The position numbers were made by a program, and so were the translations under genes. A model generated the notes under the pieces. The model ran no database searches and was not told the origin of the DNA. It saw only the letters and a program-made list of their open reading frames with translations. A stretch of 64,000 nt of DNA. Origin: an uncultured Planctomycetota bacterium. GTDB lineage: Bacteria; Planctomycetota; PLA2; JAEUHO01. The stretch spans positions 480,001-544,000 of the forward strand of contig CAVVXN010000005.1 in NCBI GenBank assembly GCA_963752285.1. Direction: 5' to 3'. Below, piece by piece: positions 10,019 through 18,483 of this stretch. Position 1 is the stretch's first letter. The number at the start of each line of letters is the position of its first letter.

Positions 10019-10729
10019 TCAGTCGCGGGACTGGAGGAAGAGGAGCAGCACGTACCAGAAGAGGAGCGCGACGGACGCGAACAGCGCGAGCGCGGCCGCG
10101 ACGTGGCGGTCCTCCGGGTAGTGGTGCAGCACGTTCGACGTGTCGTAGAGGATCATCCCGCCCGCGAGGGCCACCATCGCGACGCTGAACCACATGCCGA
10201 GCGTGAACCCGAAGATCGCCGCGGCGACGATGGCGACGAGCGCCACGATCCCGCCGTACATGACCACCCCGCGGAGGAACGAGAAGTCCTTCCTCGTGAC
10301 GTACACGATGGCGGTGAGGCCCGTGAACGCCGCGAGCGTCACGAGCGCGGCCGAGCCGATCACGCCGCCCGCGTACCGCTCCGCGACGAGGAGCAGCGGG
10401 ACGAAGATCAGCGCTTCGAGGAGGACGTACGTGGCCAGGGCGGCGTACTGGGCTCCCGTCGTCCGCGCGGTCACCGCGACCCGGCTCGCGAGCGAACCGA
10501 GGAGGACGAACGCGCCGAGGAACAGGAGCCAGCGGAGCGAGCTGCCGGCCAGGAACCCGGCCATGCTCTCGGGCAGGCTCGTCTGGAAGACCGCGACCTC
10601 GATCAGGACGAAGGCGACGATCGCGCCGAAGAGGGTCGCGTACGTCCGGCCGAGGAACGCCGCGCGGGCGTCTACCCCCATCGCATCGACCGGGCGACCG
10701 TCGCGGGGCCAGGAGATCGTGTCGCGCAT
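10019..10729 (-). CDS. Bax inhibitor-1/YccA family membrane protein
   Basis: About 7 TM helices, 'RAAFLGRTY', 'RKDFSFL', 'ILYDTSNV', 'AALALFASVALLFWYVL'. Confidence 0.92.
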   Translation of the reverse strand: MRDTISWPRDGRPVDAMGVDARAAFLGRTYATLFGAIVAFVLIEVAVFQTSLPESMAGFLAGSSLRWLLFLGAFVLLGSLASRVAVTARTTGAQYAALATYVLLEALIFVPLLLVAERYAGGVIGSAALVTLAAFTGLTAIVYVTRKDFSFLRGVVMYGGIVALVAIVAAAIFGFTLGMWFSVAMVALAGGMILYDTSNVLHHYPEDRHVAAALALFASVALLFWYVLLLFLQSRD

Positions 10730-10756
10730 GGGGCTCTCCTCGAGGGGCCGGGCATT

Positions 10757-11488
10757 CTAGGGGAGATTCGACGGTCTCGCGGTCGCCCCGAACGAAGGGG
10801 CGGACGGACAGAGCGCGGCCACGGGGCAGTCCGCGCAGCGCGGGGCCCGGGCCGTACAGAGCGTTCGCCCGTGGTGGATGAGCACGTGGGCGAGGTCCAC
10901 CCACGCGCTCGCCGGATGGAGCGCCATCAGGTCGCGCTCCACGTGCACGGGATCGGTCGCCTTCGTCCAGCCGAGCCGGCGCGCGATCCGCTTCACGTGC
11001 GTGTCCACGACGACGCCGTCGGCCAGGTTCCAGATCACGCCGCGCACGACGTTCGCCGTCTTCCGCGCGACGCCCGACAGCGTCAGGAGGTCGTCCATCG
11101 CCGACGGCACCTCGCCGCCGTACCTCTCGGTCACGCGCGCGGCCATCTCCTGGAGGCTCTTCGCCTTGTTGCGGAAGAACCCGGTCGAGTGGACCGCCTC
11201 CTCGACCTCGCCGCGCTCGGCCCGCGCGAGCGCCGCGGGGGTCGGCCAGCGATAGAACAGGGCGGGCGTGACCATGTTCACGCGCGCGTCCGTGCACTGC
11301 GCGGAGAGGATCGTCGCGACGAGGAGCTCGAACGCGTTCCGGTGCTCGAGGGCGCAGCCTGCGTCGGGGTAGCGGGCGGAGAGGCGGGCGCGGACCTCCG
11401 CCGCCTTGGCGCGCTCGGCCTCGGTGGGGGGGCGGCGCCGGGGGCCCGCGCGGGGGCGCCGCGCGGTCTTCGTCGAACGTCCGCCCAT
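10757..11488 (-). CDS. nth: Endonuclease III
   Basis: 'LLVATILSAQCTD', HhH 'LSGVARKTANVV', 'VDTHV', 4Fe-4S motif C-x6-C-x2-C-x5-C. Confidence 0.96.
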   Translation of the reverse strand: MGGRSTKTARRPRAGPRRRPPTEAERAKAAEVRARLSARYPDAGCALEHRNAFELLVATILSAQCTDARVNMVTPALFYRWPTPAALARAERGEVEEAVHSTGFFRNKAKSLQEMAARVTERYGGEVPSAMDDLLTLSGVARKTANVVRGVIWNLADGVVVDTHVKRIARRLGWTKATDPVHVERDLMALHPASAWVDLAHVLIHHGRTLCTARAPRCADCPVAALCPSAPSFGATARPSNLP

Positions 11489-11612
11489 CGCCTCGACCTC
11501 CCGGCGCACCGCGCGCCCGGCCGCCCGTCCGGCGGGGACCCGCGCGGTCCACGGCCTGGATGATGCCATCCCCCGTCCCCGGTCGGCCCGGCGCCTCCGC
11601 TATCGTGGCGGC

Positions 11613-12278
11613 ATGCGGCGCGTGGAGGTCACGGCGGCGGTCCTGGTGATCGGGGTCGCGGCGTGGGGCGTCGCGAGCCAGCTCGCGAGCGGTCCCGAGA
11701 TCGTGGCGGCGCCCGTCCGTCCGATCGGCCTCGGGGAGGCCGTGGATCCGGACGTCCGGCTCCTCGACCTCCAAGGTCACGGCGTCCGGATCGGGGACCT
11801 CTTCGGGACCCGGGCGACGGTCCTCTACTCCTGGAGCACGACCTGCCCCTGCATCCCGTTCTGCGAGCCCGAGATCGAGCGGGTCGCGGGCCGACACGGC
11901 CCGGACGAGGGCGTCCGCTGGGTCGGGATCGCCGGCGAGCCCTCCGACGGTCCCGACGAGGTGCGGCGCACGCTGGCGAAGCTCGGCGCGCCCTACCCCG
12001 TCCTCCTCGATCCCGGACACCGGCTGTGCGGGCGCGTGGGGTTCGACCGCGCGGCGATCGTCGCCGTCCTCGACCGCAACGGCTATCTGCGCTTCCGCGG
12101 CAACCCGAGCGACAGCCTGAGGCACCCGAAGCGCTTCTTCGTCGAGCCGGCGCTCGTCGCCGTCCTCCAGGGCGACCGCCCGGAGGTCCCCGAGACGCCC
12201 CGCTTCTACGGCTGCGAGTTCGCCGCCGCGATCGCCTGCCCCGACGCCTCTCCGACCGGGGCCTCGCCGTCGGAGTAG
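11613..12278 (+). CDS. Exported redoxin/thioredoxin-like protein
   Basis: N-terminal anchor, 'WSTTCPC', 'YPVLLD', 'LRFRG..D', terminal 'YGC'. Confidence 0.75.
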   Translation: MRRVEVTAAVLVIGVAAWGVASQLASGPEIVAAPVRPIGLGEAVDPDVRLLDLQGHGVRIGDLFGTRATVLYSWSTTCPCIPFCEPEIERVAGRHGPDEGVRWVGIAGEPSDGPDEVRRTLAKLGAPYPVLLDPGHRLCGRVGFDRAAIVAVLDRNGYLRFRGNPSDSLRHPKRFFVEPALVAVLQGDRPEVPETPRFYGCEFAAAIACPDASPTGASPSE

Positions 12279-12429
12279 GCTTCCGCCCCGGATCGGGCGG
12301 TTCCGGGCGGCGCCGGGACCCCGGGGGCGGCGTGACGGCGCGCCGCGCGGGGTCACGGCCGGGACGCGAACGGTCGCCTCCGCGTGGCCCCACGGGTACC
12401 GATCCGAGCCCCGGGAGCTTCGTGCCCTC

Positions 12430-13881
12430 GTGAAGATCAAGGTCGGCATCCCCGTGTTCATCGCCGCGGCGGGGACCGATCCCCGCTTCGCGCGGCTCGT
12501 CAGCCGGTACCTCTTCGCGGCCGCGGCGTGGCTCCTCGCCGGAAGCGTGATCGGCGTCGTCGTCGCCTTCCGACTCGTGGATCCCCACCTCCTGGGGCAG
12601 CCCGAGTTCCTCTTCCACGGCCTCGTGCGACCCGTCCACACGATGGTGGTGCTCTTCGGCTGGCTGTCCCTCGCGCTCGTCGCGATGGCGCTCTACGTCG
12701 TCCCGAAGTCCTCGCGCGTCATGCTGACCGGGGGCGAGATCACGGCCGCCAACGTGGTGCTCGTGCTGTGGAACGTCGGGCTCGTGCTCGGCGCGCTCGC
12801 GCTCCTGACCGGCCACTCCACCGGACGGGAGTACCGCGAGGCCCCGTGGTGGGCCATGGGCTTCATCGCCGTGGGCGTCGTGACGCTCTTCGGGATCTTC
12901 CTCCGCGTGATCGCGCGACGCGCCGTGAAAGGCATCTACATCTCGTGCTGGTTCGTCCTCGCCGCGTGCTTCTGGCTCGCCATCGTGGTCGTGGTCGGCT
13001 ACATGCCGTTCTTCCGCCAGGGCCTGTCGAACACCATCATCGAGGGGTTCTACATCCACAACGTGGTGGGGATGTGGTTCACGCCGCTGGCGGTCGGGTT
13101 GACGTACTACACGCTCCCGAAGCTCCTGAACAAGCCGATCTACTCGTACGCGCTGGGCGTGCTCGGCTTCTTCACGCATCTCCTCTTCTACACGGTGATC
13201 GGCACCCACCACTTCGAGTTCTCGCCGCTGCCCGATTGGCACGAGACCGTCGCCGTGGTGTTCAGCGTCGCGATGATCGTCCCCGTGTGGGCCAGCACGG
13301 GGAACTTCCTCCTCACGATGAAGGGCGAGCGCACGGCGATCTCGCTGTCGTACAGCCTCCCGTTCATCCTGGTGGGGGTGGTGGCGTACGGGCTCATCTC
13401 GCTCCAGGGGAGCGTGGAGGCGCTGCGCTACGTGCAGGAACACTGGCACCTCACCGACATGACGATCGGCCACGCGCACGGCGCGCTCTACCTCTTCGCG
13501 ACGTTTCTCGTGTGGGGGTCGATCTACGGGCTCTTCCCCCGCATCACGGGCCGCGAGCCCGAGCCCGGCATGGTCGCCGCGCACTTCTGGCTGGCGCTCG
13601 CCGGCATGGTCATCTACGTGGGCGCCCTCACGCTGGCCGGCGACGTCGAGGGCCGCGCGTGGGTGGACGGCCTCCCGTTCATGGACTCGGTGCGGAACGT
13701 GATCCCGCACCTGGTCTGGCGCGGGGTCGGCGGGCTCTTCCTGGTCGCCGCGCACGTGGTCTTCCTGATCAACCTGTTCGCGATGCGCCCCGGCGCGTTC
13801 ACGATGGCGTTCGGCAAGGGCGGCGCCGCCGGCTCGAGCGCCGCGGGACCCGTGCCGTCGAGCGCGGGCCGGGAGGCGTGA
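12430..13881 (+). CDS. ccoN: Divergent cbb3-type (C-family) heme-copper oxidase subunit I
   Basis: About 12 TM helices; 'RPVHT', 'REYRE', 'YIHNVVG', 'YTVIGTHH', 'TIGHAH' provide six His ligands plus the helix-VII Tyr. Confidence 0.85.
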   Translation: MKIKVGIPVFIAAAGTDPRFARLVSRYLFAAAAWLLAGSVIGVVVAFRLVDPHLLGQPEFLFHGLVRPVHTMVVLFGWLSLALVAMALYVVPKSSRVMLTGGEITAANVVLVLWNVGLVLGALALLTGHSTGREYREAPWWAMGFIAVGVVTLFGIFLRVIARRAVKGIYISCWFVLAACFWLAIVVVVGYMPFFRQGLSNTIIEGFYIHNVVGMWFTPLAVGLTYYTLPKLLNKPIYSYALGVLGFFTHLLFYTVIGTHHFEFSPLPDWHETVAVVFSVAMIVPVWASTGNFLLTMKGERTAISLSYSLPFILVGVVAYGLISLQGSVEALRYVQEHWHLTDMTIGHAHGALYLFATFLVWGSIYGLFPRITGREPEPGMVAAHFWLALAGMVIYVGALTLAGDVEGRAWVDGLPFMDSVRNVIPHLVWRGVGGLFLVAAHVVFLINLFAMRPGAFTMAFGKGGAAGSSAAGPVPSSAGREA

Positions 13882-13884
13882 GGC

Positions 13885-14520
13885 GTGCGGTTCGACGTCC
13901 ACACCAGCCTGAAGACGTTCCTCGTGCTCGCGGCGGGCGGCTACCTCGTCCTCGTGGTAGGCGTGGCGATCGTGCCTGCCGCGGTCCTCCACGCGCAGTA
14001 CCCGCCGTCCCCGCCGGGGACGTGGAAGGACGAGCGCGTGGAGCGCGGCCGAGAGCTCTACCGTCGCTACGGGTGCATCGCCTGTCACACGCAGCAGGTC
14101 CGCGGCGACGAGCGCTTCCCCACGGTGGACGACGAGGGCACGGTGCGGATCCCGGTCCTCGCGCCGGACCGCCGCTTCGGGCTCGAGTCGCCCACGCGCG
14201 CCGAGGACTACCGGGACGGCGATCCTCCGTTCCTCGGGACGCAGCGCCGCGGTCCCGACCTCACGAACGTGGGCGCGCGCCTCCCGAGCGCCACCTGGCA
14301 CTACTGGCACCTCTACGACCCTCAGAGCGTCTCTCCCGACTCGATCATGCCGGGGCTCCCCTGGCTCTTCCACACGGAGGAGACGAAGCGCCCCGAGGAC
14401 GAGAAGGTCGATCCGCTGGCGCGCCTGGACGTCCCGAAGGGCCGTCTCTACGCCACGCCCGACGCGCAGGCGCTCGTCGAGTACCTGCTGAGCCTCCGGC
14501 ACAAGGAGGACGTGCGGTGA
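13885..14520 (+). CDS. ccoO: cbb3-type oxidase subunit II (monoheme cytochrome c)
   Basis: TM anchor, 'GCIACHTQQVR', 'GTQRRGPDLTNVG', 'HLYDP..SIMP..WLF'. Confidence 0.9.
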   Translation: MRFDVHTSLKTFLVLAAGGYLVLVVGVAIVPAAVLHAQYPPSPPGTWKDERVERGRELYRRYGCIACHTQQVRGDERFPTVDDEGTVRIPVLAPDRRFGLESPTRAEDYRDGDPPFLGTQRRGPDLTNVGARLPSATWHYWHLYDPQSVSPDSIMPGLPWLFHTEETKRPEDEKVDPLARLDVPKGRLYATPDAQALVEYLLSLRHKEDVR

Positions 14521-14747
14521 GCTTCCTGGCCGGCCACGTTCACGACCTCTCCGGGCTCGGGACCGCGGGCTGGGTCATCGTCGGGGTGGCCTCTCTCTTC
14601 GTGGCCTGGGTGTTCTGGCGCGCCGTCGTCCTGACGATCCGACCCGGCGAGGAGGAGCCGGACCACATCAAGCGCACGATCCTCGACGACGACCCTCCGG
14701 TCGGCACGCGCGCGGTCCACGGGCCCGTGGCCGGTGGCTCGAGGTGA
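14517..14747 (+). CDS. Small single-TM protein coupled within the oxidase operon (76 aa)
   Basis: GTGA overlaps at both ends; one TM helix, then 'PGEEEPDHIKRTIL'. Confidence 0.7.
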   Translation: MSFLAGHVHDLSGLGTAGWVIVGVASLFVAWVFWRAVVLTIRPGEEEPDHIKRTILDDDPPVGTRAVHGPVAGGSR

Positions 14748-17341
14748 CGGGCCCCATGTACGACATGGGAACCACCGAGCCGCTGAAGCTCTACCTGGAC
14801 GACGACACCGAGCCGTTCAAGGTCGCGCCGCCTCCGCTGACGTTCCAGTTCAACACCATCTCGCTCCCGGACGGTCCGCACCGCCTGCGGATCGAGGCCC
14901 CGAACGGCCTCGCGCCGCCGACGATCCGCGAGATCCCGTTCGTCGTCCGAAACGGCGTCGCCATCACCGTGTCGGGCCTCGAGTCCTCGCAGACGATCGC
15001 GGGGCAGGTCCAGATGGTGATCAACGCGTACGCGGGGAACACCGAGGTCGACTTCGAGCCCCACCGCGCCGAGACGCCGCAGCCGATCCCCACCTGGGCG
15101 TGGGTGGTGCTCCTCGGCGTGGCGGCGTGGGCGCTCTTCTACGTCTTGAATCCCCAGGTTCGCGGCCCGGCCGAGGCGAGCGCGGCCACCTCCAACGACG
15201 CCATGCTCGGCGAGCGCGTGTTCATGGACGTGTGCGCACGCTGTCACGGGGAGGACGGGAAGGGCCAGCCGCCGAAGGTCCCGCCCCTCCGTGACTCCGA
15301 CATCGCGCTCGCCGAGACGCCGGCCGACCTGCTGGTGAAGGTCACGGCTTCCACCCCGGGCTCGATGATGCCCGAGTGGGGCACGCGTCTCACGAACGAG
15401 GAGATCATCGCCGCCGTGAACCACGTGCGGCGTTCCTGGGGGCACGACGGCAGCCCGATCCTCCTGTCGCACGCCCGGCCGCCCCCGCCGATCGCCGAGC
15501 TCCAGGAGGAGTTCACGCGCGCGCTCGAGGCGAAGGACGTCTCCGCGCTCTACGACTGCTGCATCCCGACGGGCGGCATCACGCCGCAGCTGTTCCGCAC
15601 CGACGGCATCGACGCCCGCGGTCGGGACGCGGTGGCCGTGGCGTGGCAGAACTTCATCGAGGAGCTGGAGCGGGCGGGCTCCGAGGTCCGCCACATCTCG
15701 TATCCGGACGACCGCTACGACTACGACCCGACGACGATCGACCAGGACGGGAGCATCGTGATCGGCGCGGGACGCATCTTCGTCGAGACGCGCGACCGGA
15801 GCGGCAAGCAGGACCGGGACAAGGGTCGCTTCCTGCACGTCTACCAGCGCCACGAAGGCCGCTGGCGATTGGTGTTCGACTTCGCCGACATTCGGATGGC
15901 GATCGGCTGCCTGCCCGGCGCGGGCGAGCGGATCTGCCCGGAGCCCGGCGAGGTTCCGCGTCCGACGAACGGCACGCCGCCCGCGACCACGGGACCGAAC
16001 CCCACCGTCGTGCCGCCGACCGACACGGGCCCTCGCCCCGGACCCGGCCCGTCCGCCGCGCCCGGTCCCGGCCAGGCCGCGGGCGTCGGCTACGCCCAGG
16101 TCCAGCAGATCGTCCGGAAGCTCGGGAAGCAGGCGCGGTCGGCCCCGCACGAGTCGTTCTGGGAGTTCCCGTACAAGGACTTCGTGGGCTTCTCCTTCCC
16201 CGAGGACTTCGGTGAGGAGGGAATGATCCAGGCGGTCGTTCCCTGGTCGTCGAAGGACTCGAACCTGATCCGCGCGCTCCGGGACGGGAAGGGCATCGTC
16301 GTGCGGTACCCGAACGGCACGACGAAGGTGCGAAACGACATCGGTCGCATGCCGAAGGGCGGACCGTTCCTGTCGGACGCGGACATCCAGACGATCGCCG
16401 CGTGGATCGACGCGGGCTGCCCCGAGGTCGCGGGCAAGCCGAGCGCCCTCCCGCGGCCCGCGGGCGCGGCCACGCCCGCGCCCGGCGGCGACAACACCTC
16501 GCCGCCGGACCCGTTCGCCCCCGGTCCGACCCCGGGTCCCGCGCCCGGGTTCCCCCCTGCCGGGGGCGGGGACACGACGCCCGCACCGGGCTTCCCGGCG
16601 CCGTCCGGCGGGGGCGACGCACCGCCCGCGCCCGGGTTCCCGGCGCCGTCCGGCGGGGGCGACGCACCGCCCGCGCCCGGGTTCCCGGCGCCCTCCGGCG
16701 GAGGCGACGCAGCGCCCGCGCCCGGGTTCCCCGCGCCGTCGGGCTTCCCACCGGCGTCCGACGCCGGCGCGGCGCCACCCTCGCCGGGGTTCCCGGCGCC
16801 CTCGGACGCCGGCGCCGCGCCCGCCCCGTCTGCGTTCCCTCCGCCCTCGGACGCCGGATCGCCCCCGGCGCCTGCCGGCTTCCCGCCGCCCGACGGGACG
16901 GAGACGCCACCGGCCTTTCCGCCGCCCACCGCGGCGGGCGGCGCGCCCGGGGCGCCGAAGGTCACGGGACCCGTGATCGGCTACGCGGCCGTCCGCGCCC
17001 TCCTCGCGCGCGTCCCCACGAACGCGCCGGTGCGCCTCGGCGACGTCGCGTACGCCGACCTGTTGAAGCTGAGCTTCCGTCCGCCGACGGGACCGGGCGT
17101 CATCCGTCTCGTGGTGCCCGGGGACCCCGCGCGGTCGAACCTGCTGCGCCTCCTCGCCGACGGCAAGGGCGTCGCGGTCACGGACGACCCCGACGCGGCG
17201 GACACGACGGCGATCCGCCGGATCGACGTGGCGCCACTGCGAGGTCCGGACGGAGGACTCGCGGTCGGGGACGTGGAGCAGGTCCGCCGCTGGATCGCTG
17301 CGGGCTGCCCCGAGGCGCCGGTCCCCGCGCCGGTGCGCTGA
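14744..17341 (+). CDS. Multidomain membrane-anchored cytochrome c (beta-rich N-domain, TM, CxxCH cyt c, NTF2/SnoaL-like, two heme-less planctomycete-cytochrome-like domains, Pro-rich linker)
   Basis: 'CARCHG..G.G..PPL..MPEWG..LTNEEI.A.VNHVR.SWG'; NTF2-like 'GRFLHVYQR..GRWRL'; duplicated 'VVP...SNL..L.DGKG...WI.AGCPE'. Confidence 0.8.
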   Translation: MTGPMYDMGTTEPLKLYLDDDTEPFKVAPPPLTFQFNTISLPDGPHRLRIEAPNGLAPPTIREIPFVVRNGVAITVSGLESSQTIAGQVQMVINAYAGNTEVDFEPHRAETPQPIPTWAWVVLLGVAAWALFYVLNPQVRGPAEASAATSNDAMLGERVFMDVCARCHGEDGKGQPPKVPPLRDSDIALAETPADLLVKVTASTPGSMMPEWGTRLTNEEIIAAVNHVRRSWGHDGSPILLSHARPPPPIAELQEEFTRALEAKDVSALYDCCIPTGGITPQLFRTDGIDARGRDAVAVAWQNFIEELERAGSEVRHISYPDDRYDYDPTTIDQDGSIVIGAGRIFVETRDRSGKQDRDKGRFLHVYQRHEGRWRLVFDFADIRMAIGCLPGAGERICPEPGEVPRPTNGTPPATTGPNPTVVPPTDTGPRPGPGPSAAPGPGQAAGVGYAQVQQIVRKLGKQARSAPHESFWEFPYKDFVGFSFPEDFGEEGMIQAVVPWSSKDSNLIRALRDGKGIVVRYPNGTTKVRNDIGRMPKGGPFLSDADIQTIAAWIDAGCPEVAGKPSALPRPAGAATPAPGGDNTSPPDPFAPGPTPGPAPGFPPAGGGDTTPAPGFPAPSGGGDAPPAPGFPAPSGGGDAPPAPGFPAPSGGGDAAPAPGFPAPSGFPPASDAGAAPPSPGFPAPSDAGAAPAPSAFPPPSDAGSPPAPAGFPPPDGTETPPAFPPPTAAGGAPGAPKVTGPVIGYAAVRALLARVPTNAPVRLGDVAYADLLKLSFRPPTGPGVIRLVVPGDPARSNLLRLLADGKGVAVTDDPDAADTTAIRRIDVAPLRGPDGGLAVGDVEQVRRWIAAGCPEAPVPAPVR
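16538..16930 (+). repeat. Intragenic 45-bp tandem repeat encoding PAPGFPAPSGGGDAP
   Basis: Unit starts at 16580, 16625, 16670 and 16715, with degenerate copies on both sides. Confidence 0.9.
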
Positions 17342-17479
17342 CGGGCGCCGCCTCCGCGGACCCGACCGGAGCCTCGAACCCCCGAGCGACACGGACCCCC
17401 TGACGACCTGTCGCGCCGCCGGCGGGGCCGGCCCCGGCCCGGGAAGGCCGTCCAAGACGTGCCGCGCCCGCCCTCGCGC

Positions 17480-17508
17480 TTGGCTCGGGCGCCCGACCGG
17501 GGTATGTT
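17480..17508 (+). promoter_or_regulatory. Sigma70-like promoter of tRNA-Lys
   Basis: TTGGCT-N17-TATGTT just upstream of the tRNA. Confidence 0.6.
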
Positions 17509-17529
17509 CCGCGCCCTGACGAACCGGGT

Positions 17530-17605
17530 GCCTGCTTAGCTCAATTGGTAGAGCAGCGGACTCTTAATCCGTTGGTTCGGGGTTCGAGTCCCTGAGCAGG
17601 CACCA
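17530..17605 (+). tRNA. tRNA-Lys(CTT)
   Basis: Acceptor GCCTGCT/AGCAGGC, anticodon arm GCGGA-CTCTTAA-TCCGT, TTCGAGT T-loop, encoded CCA. Confidence 0.96.
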
Positions 17606-17639
17606 CTCTCCCTCGGCGATTCTTGGCCCGCCGGGGCTT

Positions 17640-18299
17640 TGCAACCTCAGCAGTCGCAGCAGGTTGCGTTCGTCCCGCATCGCGGTCGCTTCGCCACGCC
17701 GGTGCGCCGCTTGCGCTGTTGGTTCGGGTTCTCGCAGCTGTTGGACGTCCGCAGGCGCTTTCGCTGGGCCGCGGTGAGTCCGAGGTCGAACACCGTGAAT
17801 CCGTCCGGCACGCTCTCCTCGGCCCACGCCGCGAGGCGGGGTGCCGTCCCGCGCCAGGCGGCCACGGCCGCGGCGAGCTTCTCGGTGACCTCGCGGCGCG
17901 TCGAGCCGTTGAACACGGCCCGGAGCTCCACCGCGACCTTCTCTCGGTCGGCGACACGGGGCACGTAGGCCTGGGCGTTCTGCTGCAGGTGGATCTGGCA
18001 GCGCTGCCAGGCCACGTCGGCGAGCAGCACCCGGATCGCCTCGCTCATGCCGCCGAAGTCCTCTTCGGCGACCACTTCCAGGATCCGATCGATGGACGTA
18101 GCCTGCGGGTGGTGGGTCGCGCCGGTTCCTCCTGCTTGGTTTGGTCACCTGCAGTTGGATCGGCGCTGATCCGCCACCGCTTTCCCCCCGGCGCGGTCGC
18201 GCCGGGGCCCTCTCGCTTCCGCTCGCTACGCTCGCTGCAGCGAGAGGGCCCCGGCTCCTCCGGTCGGGGAGGCATTTACAGATAGAACGTTACACCCCC
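17640..18299 (-). mobile_element. Internally deleted IS256-family remnant
   Basis: 'WQRCQIHLQQNA..LRAVFN..RKRLRTSNSCE..RKRRT' joined to a short N-terminal piece; IS256-like end GGGGGTGTAACGTTCTATCTGTAAAT at 18271-18299. Confidence 0.8.
18201..18255. repeat. Perfect 17-bp inverted repeat (hairpin) in the IS leader
   Basis: GCCGGGGCCCTCTCGCT (18201-18217) pairs with AGCGAGAGGGCCCCGGC (18239-18255). Confidence 0.9.
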
Positions 18300-18483
18300 G
18301 GACGTCGCGCCGAGCGTGGGACGGGTTGGGCTGGGGCTCCCTGATCGGGCGAGCTACCATGCGCGGGTGGCATCGTAGACGGCGGTAACGTGTCTCGTAG
18401 TACGATCGGGAGGCGACGGGCTTTCCGGTGGCTGGGGGCCAGCCCGGCGCCGGTGCCCTGGCGCTGGGGAAAGGAGGGCCCCC

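Noticed and set aside
16538..16930. 45-bp repeats as a CRISPR array
   Set aside because: The units are contiguous, in frame within a CDS, have no unique spacers, and no cas genes are present.
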